Assembly (NCBI RefSeq): GCF_001194135.2
Contig: NC_068990.1
Coordinates: 70,033,820-70,097,819, forward strand
Length of the DNA: 64,000 nt
From: Octopus bimaculoides
Taxonomy: Eukaryota
Direction of reading: 5' to 3'
Each line of letters opens with the position of its first letter. Positions within the stretch are counted from its first letter, which is position 1. This document shows, piece after piece, positions 1 through 14,253 of the stretch. A program made the position numbers and the translations under genes. The notes beneath the pieces are model-generated. The model saw only the letters and a program-made list of their open reading frames with translations, was not told where the DNA came from and ran no database searches.

Positions 1-171
1 AATGGAAGAGGCAGGAGAAGAAAAGGTGTAATAAGAATGATGATGGAAGGGTGTATCATTATTATTATTATTTTTATTGTTTGTTAGTTTTTAACAAAAG
101 AGTATCACAAATCTGTAGAAATAAATGCAAAGAAGAATGGGGTACTGATTACAAATTCTATTGCATAAACG

Positions 172-255
<84 letters not shown>

Positions 256-929
256 ATTTATACATATACGTGTGTGTATTTGTATGTATGTATTCACCAC
301 AGTCTACTATTCAGGTGCAGACATGACTGTGTGATCAAGGAACTCATTTCATAACCATATGGTTTTGGGTACAGTCCCACTATGTGGCACCTTGGGCAAG
401 TGCTTTCTACTATAGCCTTGTGCCAACCAGTGCCTCATGAGTAAATTTGGTAGACAGAAAGAAAATTTGTGGAAGCTTGCTGTGTGTGTTGCACCACCAT
501 CTCGAGGACTGCTTGACAACCATCGTTGGTTTGTTTATGTCCCTGTACTTTAGTGCTTCAACAAAAGGGGCCAATAGAATAAGTTACAGACTTGAAAATA
601 AGTGGTGGAGTTGATTTATTTGACTAAAACTCTTCAAAGCAGAGCCCTCAGCATGACTGAAGTCATGTGACTGAAACAAGTAAAAGATATACACACGCAT
701 ACGCACACACACACTTAGTATGAAACACAAAGAGAGTTGTACACATGTATGTGTACGCAAGTGTGTGTGTATTTATGAATAAATAAATCTTCTTATATTT
801 GTTAAACACTTTCTCCATTCAAATTTACTCATGCTACTGGAGTATAAACGTACCTGCCAACACCTAATCTCTACAGTATTTCACTCTTTATTTTTAAACT
901 TTTCCTTCATGGATTTTATCATCATCATC

Positions 930-1330
930 ATCATTTAGCATCCATTTTCCATGATGGCATAGGTTAGACAATTTGACTATAGCTGGAGAGCTGCACCAGG
1001 TTCCAGTCTACTTTGGCTTGGTTTCTATGGCTGGATGCCTTTCCTAACGCCAACCACTCCATAGAGTGTACTAAGTGCCTTTAACGCGTCACCAGCATGT
1101 GTGCCTTTTATGTGTGGCCAGCACGAGCACCTATTACGTGTCACCAGAATGGATGCCTTTTACATGTCACCAACACAGTTGCCTTTAACATGTCACTGGC
1201 ACAGGTGCCTTTTATGTGTCACTGGTATTGGCTACAACTATGATTTCGCTAAGCTTGACATGTCTTCTCAAGCACAGCAAATTGCCAACAGTCTCAGGTA
1301 CTTGTCATCACTTCCATGAGACCCAGCATC
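930..1330 (-). mobile_element. Older RTE-tail-related element with an internal 25-26 bp tandem array
   Basis: (CAT)n, CATCCATTTTCCATG, CTGGATGCCTTTCCTAACGCCAACCAC; array at 1075-1228. Confidence 0.6.
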
Positions 1331-1379
1331 CAGATCATATTTCATGAAAGAAAAAAAAAAGCATAAAGAAATTATATTA

Positions 1380-1797
1380 GGTGCAGGCGTGGCTGTATTA
1401 AAAAGCTTGCTTCCCAACCAGATGGTTCCAGGGTCAGTCCCTCTGCATGGCATCTTGGGCAAGTGTCTTCTACTATAGTCGCAGGCCAACCAAAACTTTG
1501 TGAGTGGATTTGGTAGACAAATACTGAAATAAGTTTGTTGTATATACATATATATACGTATGTCTGTATGTGTGTGTGTGTGTCTTTGTGCCTGTGTTTG
1601 TTCCCCATCACCACTTAACAACTGATGTTGGTGTGTTTACATCCCCCTAACTTAGCAGTTTGGCAAAAGAGGTTGATAAAATAAGTACCAAGCTAAAGAA
1701 ATAAGTCCTGCAGTCAGTTTGTTCAACTAAAACCCTTCAAGGTGGTGCTCCAGCATGGCCACAGTCAAATAATTGAAACAAGTAAAAGAATAAAAGA
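1380..1797 (+). mobile_element. tRNA-headed SINE family A (CCTTGGGCAAG central motif, internal (TG)n, GAAACAAGTAAAAGA tail), representative copy
   Basis: Repeated many times in both orientations: about 314-688+, 2318-2626-, 18848-19150+, 19660-20055-, 34506-34877+, 35633-36066-, 42941-43581-, 44645-44957+, 52835-53210+ and several partial copies. Confidence 0.85.
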
Positions 1798-2271
1798 GTA
1801 GGCCAAGACAGCAACAGACCTTCAAATCTTAGCAGCTGTTAAGGGACCAGCAATAACAAGGGCAAGTTAATTGTATTGAGGACAATTTCCTTTACTCCTC
1901 ATGGATATCAAGTTTTACTTGGAGATAGTGCTACCATGTGACAGCAACCAGAGCTGATCTCTTCACCATTATACACCAATCTGTGCAACTCCTAATTGAC
2001 CTGTATGGACAATGAGCAAAGACAAGTCAGAAACGATGCTGAATCTTTCATTCTACAATGCTTCAATGATGTTTATGCTGTTGTGTCTTTATCAATCAGT
2101 ACAAAATGGAAGTGCGTTTGGTACCATTGCTGATATAGCTATATACATATATATATCTATAAACAATAGCTTTTGGGGGGAGAGACTACAATAATTAACT
2201 GTTCCTCCTTTGTATTCTGTCCTCAATAACAGTCACATACTTACACAAGGCTAAAATACTCCTACATTTTT

Positions 2272-2319
<48 letters not shown>

Positions 2320-2776
2320 AGCCTATTACTTATTCTATTGGTCTGTTTTGCCGAACCGCTAAGTTACAGGGTTGTAAACACACCAGCATCGGTTGTCAAG
2401 CAATACTGGGGAGACAAACAGACACACAAACATATACATATACATACACACATACATATACATATATATGACGGGCTTCTTTCAGTTTCCGTCTACCAAA
2501 TCCACTCACAAGGCTTTGGTCGGCCCGAGGCTATAGTAGAAGACATTTGCCCAAGGTGCTACACAGTGGGACTGAACTCAGAACCATGTGGTTGGTAAGC
2601 AAGCTACTTACCACATGCCCACTCCTATATATATATAAAAATTATAATATAGGGTATCTAAGAGATACCACCACGCTGAAAATAGCAGTCAAATCTTGAC
2701 TCTAAACCACAATAAATGTTCATATAGCACAAAGAGTGAAAACGAAGATAAAATAAACTAGTAAAAGTACTGGATA

Positions 2777-2835
2777 ATTCCAGATCCCGGATTTCTGGCT
2801 TTGCATAATAAATGCTTTGCCTTCATCAGTGAAAT
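2777..2835 (-). ncRNA. Type I hammerhead ribozyme-like motif with intact core
   Basis: Minus strand AUUUCA-CUGAUGA-A-GGC(AAA)GCAU(UUAUU)AUGC(AAA)GCC-A-GAAA-UCCGGGAUC-UGGAAU; 6-bp stem I, AUC cleavage triplet. Confidence 0.6.
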
Positions 2836-2904
2836 ATACTCAGAAAAGCACATAAATACAAATATATATATATAAACATACAATATACTTACATATACGA
2901 ACGT

Positions 2905-2936
<32 letters not shown>

Positions 2937-3971
2937 TCTATTTGTTCAGAAAATCTTTCACTACTTGTAATGGTTTTGTCATTGACATTGTTGTAAGCAT
3001 CACTATCATCATCTTCACCATGTTGTTGTTATTGATAGTGTGCAAGTGTTGGTGCTATTGTTTGTGCAGCTGTTGTTGATGCGCATATCACTGTTACTCT
3101 CCTTGATTCCATTCACAACTGTTGTTGTTGTTCTTGCAGCTGCTACTGTTGCTGTCATCACTGCTGCATTTGTTGTTAGCATTGCAACAGCAACAGCAGC
3201 AGAAGCTGCTGTTGTTTTTTTGGATACAACTAATTAAAACAACACTATTATTCAAGTAACTAGAAATAGCAGCCAAATCCCCTTCAATTTGTATCCTACC
3301 ATTAAAAAAATTTGTTTTTAAATGGAAGGACACTTTGGATAATGAAGACCTAGAAACATGTCTGGAAAAATATGACTGGATAGTTAGGGTTAGGGTTGGA
3401 ACTTAGGACTAAAAACCAATGCCAGTTAGAATGATCTGGCTTTTTACTGTCTCTGTACCCCAATGACTATCTCCTTGGTGTCATTAATGGAAGTGGATAT
3501 TCGCGAAAACTACCAATGAAAATAACCAGACTTCTGTTCTTGGGGCAGGACTTCACAAGCCGATCATAATGATTATGGCTATGAGAATGAAGATGATGAT
3601 GATGATAATGATCATGGCTATGAGAATGAAGATGATGATGATGATGATGATGACAGTGTGATGGCAAAGATTGTGGTGGTGATGACAATGAGGATGACGA
3701 TGACAACAATGACACTGATAATTGATAATAATAATGATGATGAGTTCTTACTATAATACGGGGCCACAATTTTATAGAAGTATTTTTGAGAATGATTTTT
3801 TTGTGTGTGTCTGTATACAAACAGAATTTTATGTTTCAGGTAAAAATGATTTTTTATTAAATGGATACATGTGATTTTTTTTTCGTATGTGTACATCCGT
3901 GCTTGCAAGCTTATGTATGTATGTGTATATGTATATATAAGTGTGCATGTCTATATCTATCTATCTATCTA

Positions 3972-4026
<55 letters not shown>

Positions 4027-4490
4027 NNNNNNNNNNNNNNNNNNNNNNNNNNNNNNNNNNNNNNNNNNNNNNNNNNNNNNNNNNNNNNNNNNNNNNNNNN
4101 NNNNNNNNNNNNNNNNNNNNNNNNNNNNNNNNNNNNNNNNNNNNNNNNNNNNNNNNNNNNNNNNNNNNNNNNNNNNNNNNNNNNNNNNNNNNNNNNNNNN
4201 NNNNNNNNNNNNNNNNNNNNNNNNNNNNNNNNNNNNNNNNNNNNNNNNNNNNNNNNNNNNNNNNNNNNNNNNNNNNNNNNNNNNNNNNNNNNNNNNNNNN
4301 NNNNNNNNNNNNNNNNNNNNNNNNNNNNNNNNNNNNNNNNNNNNNNNNNATATATACATACATATATATATACATATACATACATACATATATATATATA
4401 TATAAATACATAGATATATACATACATATATATATATATACATACATATATATATGTATATGTATATATATATACACTTACATATGTGTG

Positions 4491-4523
<33 letters not shown>

Positions 4524-4648
4524 ATATATATATGTGTGTGTGTATGTATATATGTATGTATATATATATGTGTGTGTGTATATATATATATATGTGTATA
4601 CATATATATGTGTATATATATGTATATGTGTATTTATATATATGTATG

Positions 4649-4689
<41 letters not shown>

Positions 4690-6045
4690 ATGCTACATAA
4701 AAAGCATTGGTTTGGACGCTGGTGCCACATAAAAAGCCCTCAGTACATTTTGTAAAGTGGTTGGCATTAGGAAGGGCATCCATTATAGAAACCAAGCCAA
4801 AACAAACTAGGGAACCTGGTGCAAGCCCGATCTTACCAGTTCTTGTCAAACCATCCTACTCATGCCAGCAAGGAAAATGGACGTTAAATGTTGATAAAAG
4901 TTGTTCTTGATTGAATCAACCTCCAGTACATTACTGGTTCCTATTCTATTGATTACCTAGAAATAAAAGGCAAACATCAACATGCTCAGGGTTTGAACTT
5001 TGATGCAACTTAGTTTTAGTTCCAAATTTTTACCATGTTTGTTTGTTTGTTTTGTTGTTTTTTTTTTTACATCTCCCCTTCCTTGTAATAATAACCTCTT
5101 ACATTAGCACAAGGCCAGAAATTCAGCTAGTTGACTGATCCTTTATTTTATCAACTCTTGATGGATCAAAAGGAAAAATTGATCTCAGCAAGATTTGAAC
5201 TTAGAGCCTTAAGGGACTTAGTTAAATACAACAAAATTTTTAGTTCTATACACAACAAATTCATTCATGATGCTTTCTTATCATCATCATCATCATCATC
5301 CTCATCATCATTGTTAATAATGTCCATAGGTCTGATGGAGTTTTATTGAGGCCAATTTTCTTCAGCTGGAAGCCTTTTGCGTATCCAAATGTCATCTGTT
5401 TTCAAGCAAGATGATATGTCCCAATGGCTAGGCATGTTTTTGCAGAAGACTGGAAATGAACGACACTGCTTGTATGACACTGATACTCATTTACAACTAT
5501 CATATGGTGTCGAGCCAAGGAGAAACAAACATACACTCACAGGCACATTCACACACACACACACACACACATGCTCGGACATGCATACAGTTGGATTTTT
5601 TTTCCTTCAGATGCTATTTACTGAAGCCACTCACAAGGCTTCTCGTTGGCCCAAGGCTATTGTAGAAGACATTTTCCCTCGGTGCTGCTCAGTGGGACTG
5701 AACTTGAAACCATGTGGTTGGGAAGCAAACTTTCTAGCCACAATCCCACTGTAACTAAACCAACACCAACCACACGAAAAAAGTAAGAACCAGGAGAAGA
5801 TAACTCTAGTTTTGTATTCCTGATTGTCCTTCTAATTTAAACATTCAGAATTGTTTGTTTTCTTCTGGGAGGTGGGGAGGGGTTTCTTCTCAAATGTCCA
5901 CACTTTGCCTTCCGTCTGTCTTGTTTAATTTAAGATCATGTATCTGGTATCAGACACTCTTTCCTTTTCCATTTCCTCCCCCTCCACCCCCACCTCTCTG
6001 TCTTCATACTCAGCCTGTATATCTGGTACTTACTCTGCATGTGTA

Positions 6046-6081
<36 letters not shown>

Positions 6082-7610
6082 TCACTTGTGTCCTTTCCTT
6101 TTCTTTCATATTTTCTTTAAACCAAATGGATATTTTTTATATATCTTTTTAGTTTATCTTAGATCAAAAGATGCTACAGTAGTCACCTCCAAACTTTCAA
6201 CTAGTTTTTCTACATTTGAGCAAATAATAATAAAAATGATAATAATAATAATAATAATAAAGAAAGCACTAATAATGATAAAGAAAATAATAGTAATAAT
6301 AATAATAATAATAAAGAAAACAAAACTAACAACAATAATGTTGATAAAAATAATGATGTTGGTGATAATAATAATGATAAGGATGATGATGATAATAATA
6401 ATAATAATAATAATTAGAAAAAATAGAAAGATGAATAATGTATTTAGATAAATAAATTAATGGATAAATGATAAAAATAGAAAAAAAAAGAAGCATTGAA
6501 AGAAATAGAGAATGATAGAAGTTGAAATAATGAGAGAAAGACAGATAAATAGAAAGTGTTATAGAATTTTATATATAAAAAAAAAGTACATGGAAAAAAA
6601 TTGGCAGATAAGAAAGAAATATAGACAGATAATGGAGCTCCCCTGCACTGAAGGTACAAACTAGTACCCTCTGTCAATTGAAAGGAAAAACACTAGCTAT
6701 ATACATATGTGTATATATATATATATATAAAATATTTGTGTGTATATTGATAAGAAAAAGCTTGAAATCAGATAATTTGGAAGTCTGCTGCTGCAGGAAA
6801 ATATGAAGAACGAAATAAATCAACAGCTGAACAGATACAAATCTGTTAATCTATAATTGTTATCTGTATGTAGGTAGGTAGGTAGGTCTTTAACTGGTTC
6901 CATGAAAATATATTTATCATTTTGTATTATTATATCTTATTGTGGCTGTGTAGTCGAGATGTTTGCTTCCCAACCAATGTAGTTTCAGGTTCAGTTCCAC
7001 TGTGAAAGGCATCATGCTATAGAAAACCTTCATCAATATTTTCAATCTGACTTAGGCACACCTCAAAAAAGTGAATACTAAAACAATGATGAAGATGGGT
7101 TTTATTTTTATTATCGTTATTATTAGATAACTGACAGAATCATTAGCACATTAGACAAAATACTTAACAGTATTTCTTCTAGCTTCTTTACATTTCGAGT
7201 TCAAATCCTGCCAAGGTCAACTTTGCCTTTCATCCTTTTGGAGTGACTAATAAAGATGTCAGTTGAACACTGGGGGTGATGTGATCAACTAAACCTCTTC
7301 CCTCAAAACTAGCCTTGTACCAAAATCTAAAATTACTATTATTATTGTTGTTGTTGTTATTCAACATTTAACGTCTGTTTTTCAGGCTGGCATGGGTTGG
7401 ATGACTCAACAGGAACTGGCAATGTCAGGGGTGGCATCAGGTTCCATAATCTGTTTTGGCTTGTTTTCTCCAGCTGGATGCCCTTTCTAGCACCAACAAC
7501 TCCACAGAGTGTACTGGGTGCTTTTTACATGGCACCAGCATCCACACCAACGATTCTTATGTAGTGTCTTGGTTTCCAGATCTTAATTCTGTTATTATCA
7601 TTAACTTTAC

Positions 7611-7653
<43 letters not shown>

Positions 7654-7804
7654 TCCACCAAGGTTGACTTTGCCTTTCATCCTTTCAGGGTCGATAAATT
7701 AAGTACCAGTGGTCAATAGCAATTGACTAGCCCCCTCCCGAAAAATTTCAGGCCTTGTGCCCCTGTAGTAGAAAGAATTTTTATTATAGCCATCATCCTC
7801 ATCA

Positions 7805-7853
<49 letters not shown>

Positions 7854-8358
7854 AGGTGGCAAGCTGGCAGAATCGTTAGCATTTTTTTGTCTGTCTTTAC
7901 ATTCAAAGTTAAAATTCCACCAAGGTCAACTTTGTCTTTCATTCTTTCATAGTTGATAAAATAAAGCACCAGTTGAAAACTGGAGGCACTTGTAATTGAC
8001 TGCCTCCCCTCCTAAAAAAATATAGTAGAAGAAATCATAAAACTACAACATGCAATATTATTTAGCAGAGATGTTGCCTTGTAGTTTGTTAACAAGTTGC
8101 ATCTTTTGAAATTTTTCTTAGAATTCTTGCAGAGTACAGGATTGCACTTTGTAGGTTGATAAAGCAATCTTATTTCAATATCATTCTGCCACTTGTGTAG
8201 CAGTTTGTATGTTGTGCTAAGTGCACCAATTTACCACTAAAACAATTATCACCTTAGTATCTTTGTCTTCCACAATCTCATAATCTCTCTGGTTAGGTCT
8301 TGATATTACATCAGATGTAAATGACGATGTACATACACACACACACACGCACGCACAT

Positions 8359-8401
<43 letters not shown>

Positions 8402-8560
8402 CATACATTCAGTTTCTGCCTACCAGATCCACTTACAAGGCATTAATAGACCTGGAGCTGGAGTAGAAAACATGGCCACGCTGTGGGACTGAACCCAAAA
8501 ACTACGTGGTTGGGAAACAAGCTTCTTACCACACAACCACACCTGCACCTATGTGTATGT

Positions 8561-8597
<37 letters not shown>

Positions 8598-9501
8598 TAA
8601 ACACTTGATTGTGATTCAAGAGAGATTTAGTTACTATTCCTAACTAGTTCAATAACATGTAAAGCAGTCATGGATAATCTGCATCTCATGAGCCACATGT
8701 GCATTTGTGGCTTGCAGGATTTCCTGAAAGACATGCCTAGCAAAAAACTACAATAGCTTTTTTTCCTTTTCGTTTTCTAGAAACAGGGTGCATGCCTAAT
8801 GTAGAAGCTCCCCTCTTTTAATCATTTTATCATTTGTTTCCACAATAAATAATGCTCTTTCCTGCCACCTTGTTGAGCTGTACTTCAGTCTGGCTCTGAG
8901 TTTTATTGGATATTTTAAAGTTATTTTTCTCATCATTCCCACCACAGATCTTCTCTAATTCTCACAAGCACTGCCATTTATCACCAATATAGGAACTATC
9001 TGCACCTAGTTGTCATCATGCATTTAAACCCCCAGTCATGAGGACATACACACACACATCTATATATATGAATGGTTGTGATGAAATGTTCATTGAGGGT
9101 GTATATATATCCTGTATGTATGTATGTGTGTGTGTATATATATATGTATATATACACACACACATATATGAATAGTTGTGATGAAATGTTCATTGAGGGT
9201 ATATTATCCTCAAGTTGTCATTACTTCTATTATAACCTCTCCTAACTGCTATTGACCTATTTCTCGCTTGTTCATTCTTTGGTTTATATCAGCTTTTCAA
9301 CAAACACACACACACACGCACACACACACACACACACACACATCTTTTGTAAACCCTGACTTCCTTTTATTTTACTTTAATAATTTTATTTGAAATCTTC
9401 ACATAAAATATAATGATTTGAACAAATATCTCTATATACACCTCTATTAACACACACATCATGGGTGGCGAGGTGCATTTTTATCTCAACCTCTGTAAAG
9501 C

Positions 9502-9569
<68 letters not shown>

Positions 9570-12188
9570 TGTGTGTATGCATAATTTCAGGGTGTGACTA
9601 GTTCAAAAGGAGCTAATCTCCAGCAATTTAGAGTACTCAAAGATAAGTCTGGGAGTTTTACATACTAATAAGGTAGCTTTAGACACTTTACCCTTTGTTT
9701 TCTATATGCGCCCATCAATATCAATCTCAACAGAAAAAACATTTTGGTCTTTTTGGCTATACATACCAAAACACTATGTGTCTCAAAAGGGTTAATAATG
9801 TAATGATAAAGTCCTTTTCTAAATTTTTCATTTTCATTACATTTTTTTTTTTAATTATGGAACAAAGACAGTATAGTTCAACAGAAATATATTAATAAAA
9901 GGCTTAAATTTTATGTATTTAAGTACATGTCATTATTATTATTATTATTACTATTATTATTATTATTGAGTGAGAGAGCAGTGCATGCCATCAAATATAT
10001 GAAGCCCAATAGGCCTAAACAATAGCAACAACAATAACAACATCAACAATAGCAGCAATGGCAGCAAAGATTTTTCAAATTATTCTAAAACGATAAAAAA
10101 AAAATGGGGGGAAATATTAAACTGGAACCTGATAATATTACATAATGACATTGACTGAGAATAGAAAGAAAATGATTTTTGGAACAATTCGAACTGTTCA
10201 CACTCTTGGAGAGTCTGCAAGTACTTTATTTATTTATTTATTTATTAGATGGAATGGTGTGATGAACTAACTGCTGCTGCTGAGAATTGCTCAGTGTGGG
10301 ATGGTGGGGCAGGGAGCAGCATTTGGCTGGGAGTTAAGTTGGAAGTAACGTTAGTCCCTATTATCTGTTTTCTCTTCTGCATGCTTAGAATCATTTCAAA
10401 AGATAAAGTTACTGAAAATAAGATTCATCAAAAAGATAACTTTAGTAAATAATCTGTACTTCTTCAGTGAAAAGGACCGAGTTTATGTGCTCTCAGGGTA
10501 TAAAACATTTCCTTTAATATATACAATATTACTTATTATAAATACAGATATATTAAGTACAAAGTGAAGCAAAAAAAGACCCCTCTCAGATTCTTATTCT
10601 TGATAAACATTTCAACAAAAATCGCATGATCTGCACTGATCCAAACAACAAGCATAACTCAAACGCAAACAGTAAAACATTAGCTATATGAAGATACTAG
10701 CACCATTTGTCCAACTTCACTAACGCCATGCTAATGCCCAAGAAAAATATGGGAGGTTTTTCTGTTGCACCCTGTACTTATTAAATTCATTACACTGTAG
10801 ATGTTGTTTTTTCTATGGCTGTTGTTGTTGTCTCTTTTGAATCTGATTGCCATATTTTGGCAGAAGTCCATTGAGAGTAGTAGTGCAAAGATCGCTCTGA
10901 GAAAGTGTTTATAAAATAAATAACTTTACTTTATTGATTTCTCCCCCTATCACATGAATCCAATGCAATAATACAAGTCCCCACCTCAGGGTTGTGGGCA
11001 ATGAATGAAGAAATCAAAATAAAGCAGGCTATAATTGAAAAGATAGTGTTTGGTTTAACCAGATTTTATCTTTAAAAAAATAGTAACTGCGTTCCATTTG
11101 TTTAGGTTTGCCATTTCTGTATCAATTTTATTTATAAAGTAAGTAAAAACTCCCCCATTTCCTTGAGGGCTATTCAAAAGTAGTGTTAATAGCATCGTTA
11201 CAGAGAAGTCAACCTCAATATTAGCATTAATTCAGTGAAAGAGTAGGTAAGAGAGAGAGAGGGAGGGAGTGAGTTAAATATATTTAAAGCACTATAATAA
11301 ACTCTTTAACCAGATATTTTAAACCAAAGAGAATTTTGGTATTAATAGGCATGGATTGTTGTTGCTTAACAGACATATGATCTAAGACCTTCCATCCATG
11401 GCCATCATTGACTGTATTATCTAAGTATCCTCTTATTTGTTATACAAACAGTATTGCTTGTTATTTGTGGTTACAGGTACAGTTCATTGGTTCCTATGAA
11501 AAACAGACATTAAACAATGAAATTTGTATTAAATGTTAGTAAAAGCCAGCTTATTTTGCCATATCTCCAGTTTGAGCCAATATCGGCCAGACCATATCCT
11601 ACGTAAAAGCACATTTTGCAAGGGGAGCTCAAAACAATTTGAAAATCCTACATGATTAGGTGAAAAGCGCTTTATTTNNNNNNNNNNNNNNNNNNNNNNN
11701 NNNNNNNNNNNNNNNNNNNNNNNNNNNNNNNNNNNNNNNNNNNNNNNNNNNNNNNNNNNNNNNNNNNNNNNNNNNNNACCAGAACTTTATAAATGAAAAT
11801 TTGGTAGAATGAAACTATATGGAAGTTTATTGAAGGGACCATTCCTGTGGAGTTTCTTTGGTTGTAGGTTTAGTTGATCTCTCATTAAAACCATTCCCTG
11901 GCCCCTTGGGTATCTTCAGGGGAGTCTGCTCTATTACAGGTTTTCTAGCCTGGTCACTGGTTTGAGAATATCTTCTTCCAGTCTTCCCAATAGTTTTAAA
12001 GGCCCCTGCCGAACTATCAAGTATGCTGCTATCAAAAAAGAAAGGGAAAAAATCTTCTGCCCCATTGTGGCACATTGAGCAAGTGCCTCCTATAATAGCT
12101 CCAGACTAACTAATCCTTTTTTCAATGAATTTGGTTTTTGGAAATTGTGCAGAAGTCAGTCTTGTGCATGTATATGTATCAGTATGTT

Positions 12189-12224
<36 letters not shown>

Positions 12225-12234
12225 NNNNNNNNNN

Positions 12235-12273
<39 letters not shown>

Positions 12274-12789
12274 CTTTGTATGTGTTTTGCATCTGCATTT
12301 GTGTCTGTATTTGTCAGTCTCTTCATAAGTAGTCTTCATGCGAACACTTTGACAACCAGTGTAAATTTTAAATATGTGACTCATGGACCAGTTTAAAACC
12401 ATCACCTGGCACTGTAAGAGTCTTTAGTTGAGTCTACTCTATTGCAAGAATTAGGACCAGGTCTGCAGTGTCAAGATTTCTCTCTTCCACCAAAATGTAA
12501 AAGGTCATAGACATTGCCTTCCTTTCTCACTAAAAGACTTTTAAAATAACACCTGGTATACTTATGTACCTCCTGAACTACCTTCTTGCACTCTGGGATG
12601 TGAGTTGAGGGCATAACACATTAAGAACCCCTATCTATAAGCATAGAAGTTCATNNNNNNNNNNTGAGGGCATAACACATTAAGAACCCCTATCTATAAG
12701 CATAGAAGTTCATAAATGCAAATTTTATAATGACTTGAGCATTAATGATACAGGATTTTCATGAATGAGCCCTGAGTGACCTGATCACT

Positions 12790-13078
12790 TTAACCCGTTT
12801 GATACCATCTTTCTGTTAGAATACATTGCCTTTGCTTCATTTAATTTTGAAAATAATTAAGAATTTAGTAAAATAACCTTGTCATTATTNNNNNNNNNNT
12901 TAATTTTGAAAATAATTAAGAATTTAGTAAAATAACCTTGTCATTATTAAGCTAATGTTTAGAACAAAAATTAACATGAAATTTTTGACAGAAAGTTTAA
13001 TTCAGATTGCTTTAAAATAGAAAATTTGTATCCCCAAACAAGGGATGATCTCAGGCAGGTTAGCATTAACTGGGTTAA
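12790..13078. mobile_element. TTAA-flanked piggyBac-like MITE (degenerate)
   Basis: TTAACCC...GGGTTAA termini; interior related to 55228-55371. Confidence 0.45.
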
Positions 13079-13682
13079 AGAATACCTGTTGCTTGATGAA
13101 AAGTAATTGTAAAGTGGGTGCTACCTGATGTAGAGAGTTAATAAACTGTGATTTTTAAAAGTACTGCATTGTCTACTCAAAACTTTTTTGGACAGAATTA
13201 CTTGAGAGTTGTTTAGTTGGAGAAGTTATTTACAAGAGACAGTAAAATGGGGGCTGCAAAGGAGAAACAACAAAAGTTGGCTTGAAAGAAAAAGGGGAAA
13301 AAGACATTCATTGAAGGAGCAAAGAAATTGTTTCACTCTTGTTAATTTTATTTTATCAGCCATTAGAACAGCTTGTGTAGTTGTCAGTATATTTGCATTT
13401 GTGTTTTTATCATTAAGCTCTTGTTTTAGTTATATTTTTGTAATTTTTTCATAAATTATGTAAATATGTGTATGTGTGTGTATACTCGCACACACATACA
13501 CACATATATATTCATACTCCTATACATGCAGATACATGCTCATATATAAAATAATGTATGTATACACACACACACACACACACACNNNNNNNNNNNNNNN
13601 NNNNNNNNNNNNNNNNNNNNNNNNNNNNNNNNNNNNNNNNNNNNNNNNNNNNNNNNNNNNNNNNNNNNNNNNNNNNNNNNNN

Positions 13683-13718
<36 letters not shown>

Positions 13719-14210
13719 CACACACCTGGAAGCATGTGATTGGGAAGCAAGCTTCTTACCACACAGCCACGCTTAGCTTATAACATACACACACACATAC
13801 ACACAGATATAATTTCATCATCATCATCACCATCATTTAATGTCCATGTTCAATGCTGACTTGGGTTGGACAATTTGACAAGGATCCAATGAGTCGAAGG
13901 ACTGCATTGTGCTTCATTGTCTGCTTTGCCATGATTTCTATGACTGGATGCTTTTCCTAATGCCAACCACTTTACAATATGTACTGGGTACTTCTTTTGT
14001 GCTACCAGGACTGTTGAGGTCACCATGTAGCTGAGAAGACTAAAAACTCATGTTTTTGCAGAATATTGAAAATGAATGACGCTACTTGTCATGACTGGCA
14101 ATCATTTAAAGCTATCACATTATGTCAAAACAATGAGGGACACGCACATACACACACACACACACACACATACATGCACACACACACACACACACACNNN
14201 NNNNNNNCAT

Positions 14211-14253
<43 letters not shown>

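Noticed and set aside
2036-2120. Candidate EGFR exon 1 (ATG, short hydrophobic run, 85 nt, phase 1)
   Set aside because: Donor GTACCA is poor and the hydrophobic core is short; the true first exon may be upstream of the window or in a gap.
9064-9200. 37-bp direct repeat around a TA/TG microsatellite
   Set aside because: Explained by local slippage or gap filling; no element between the copies.
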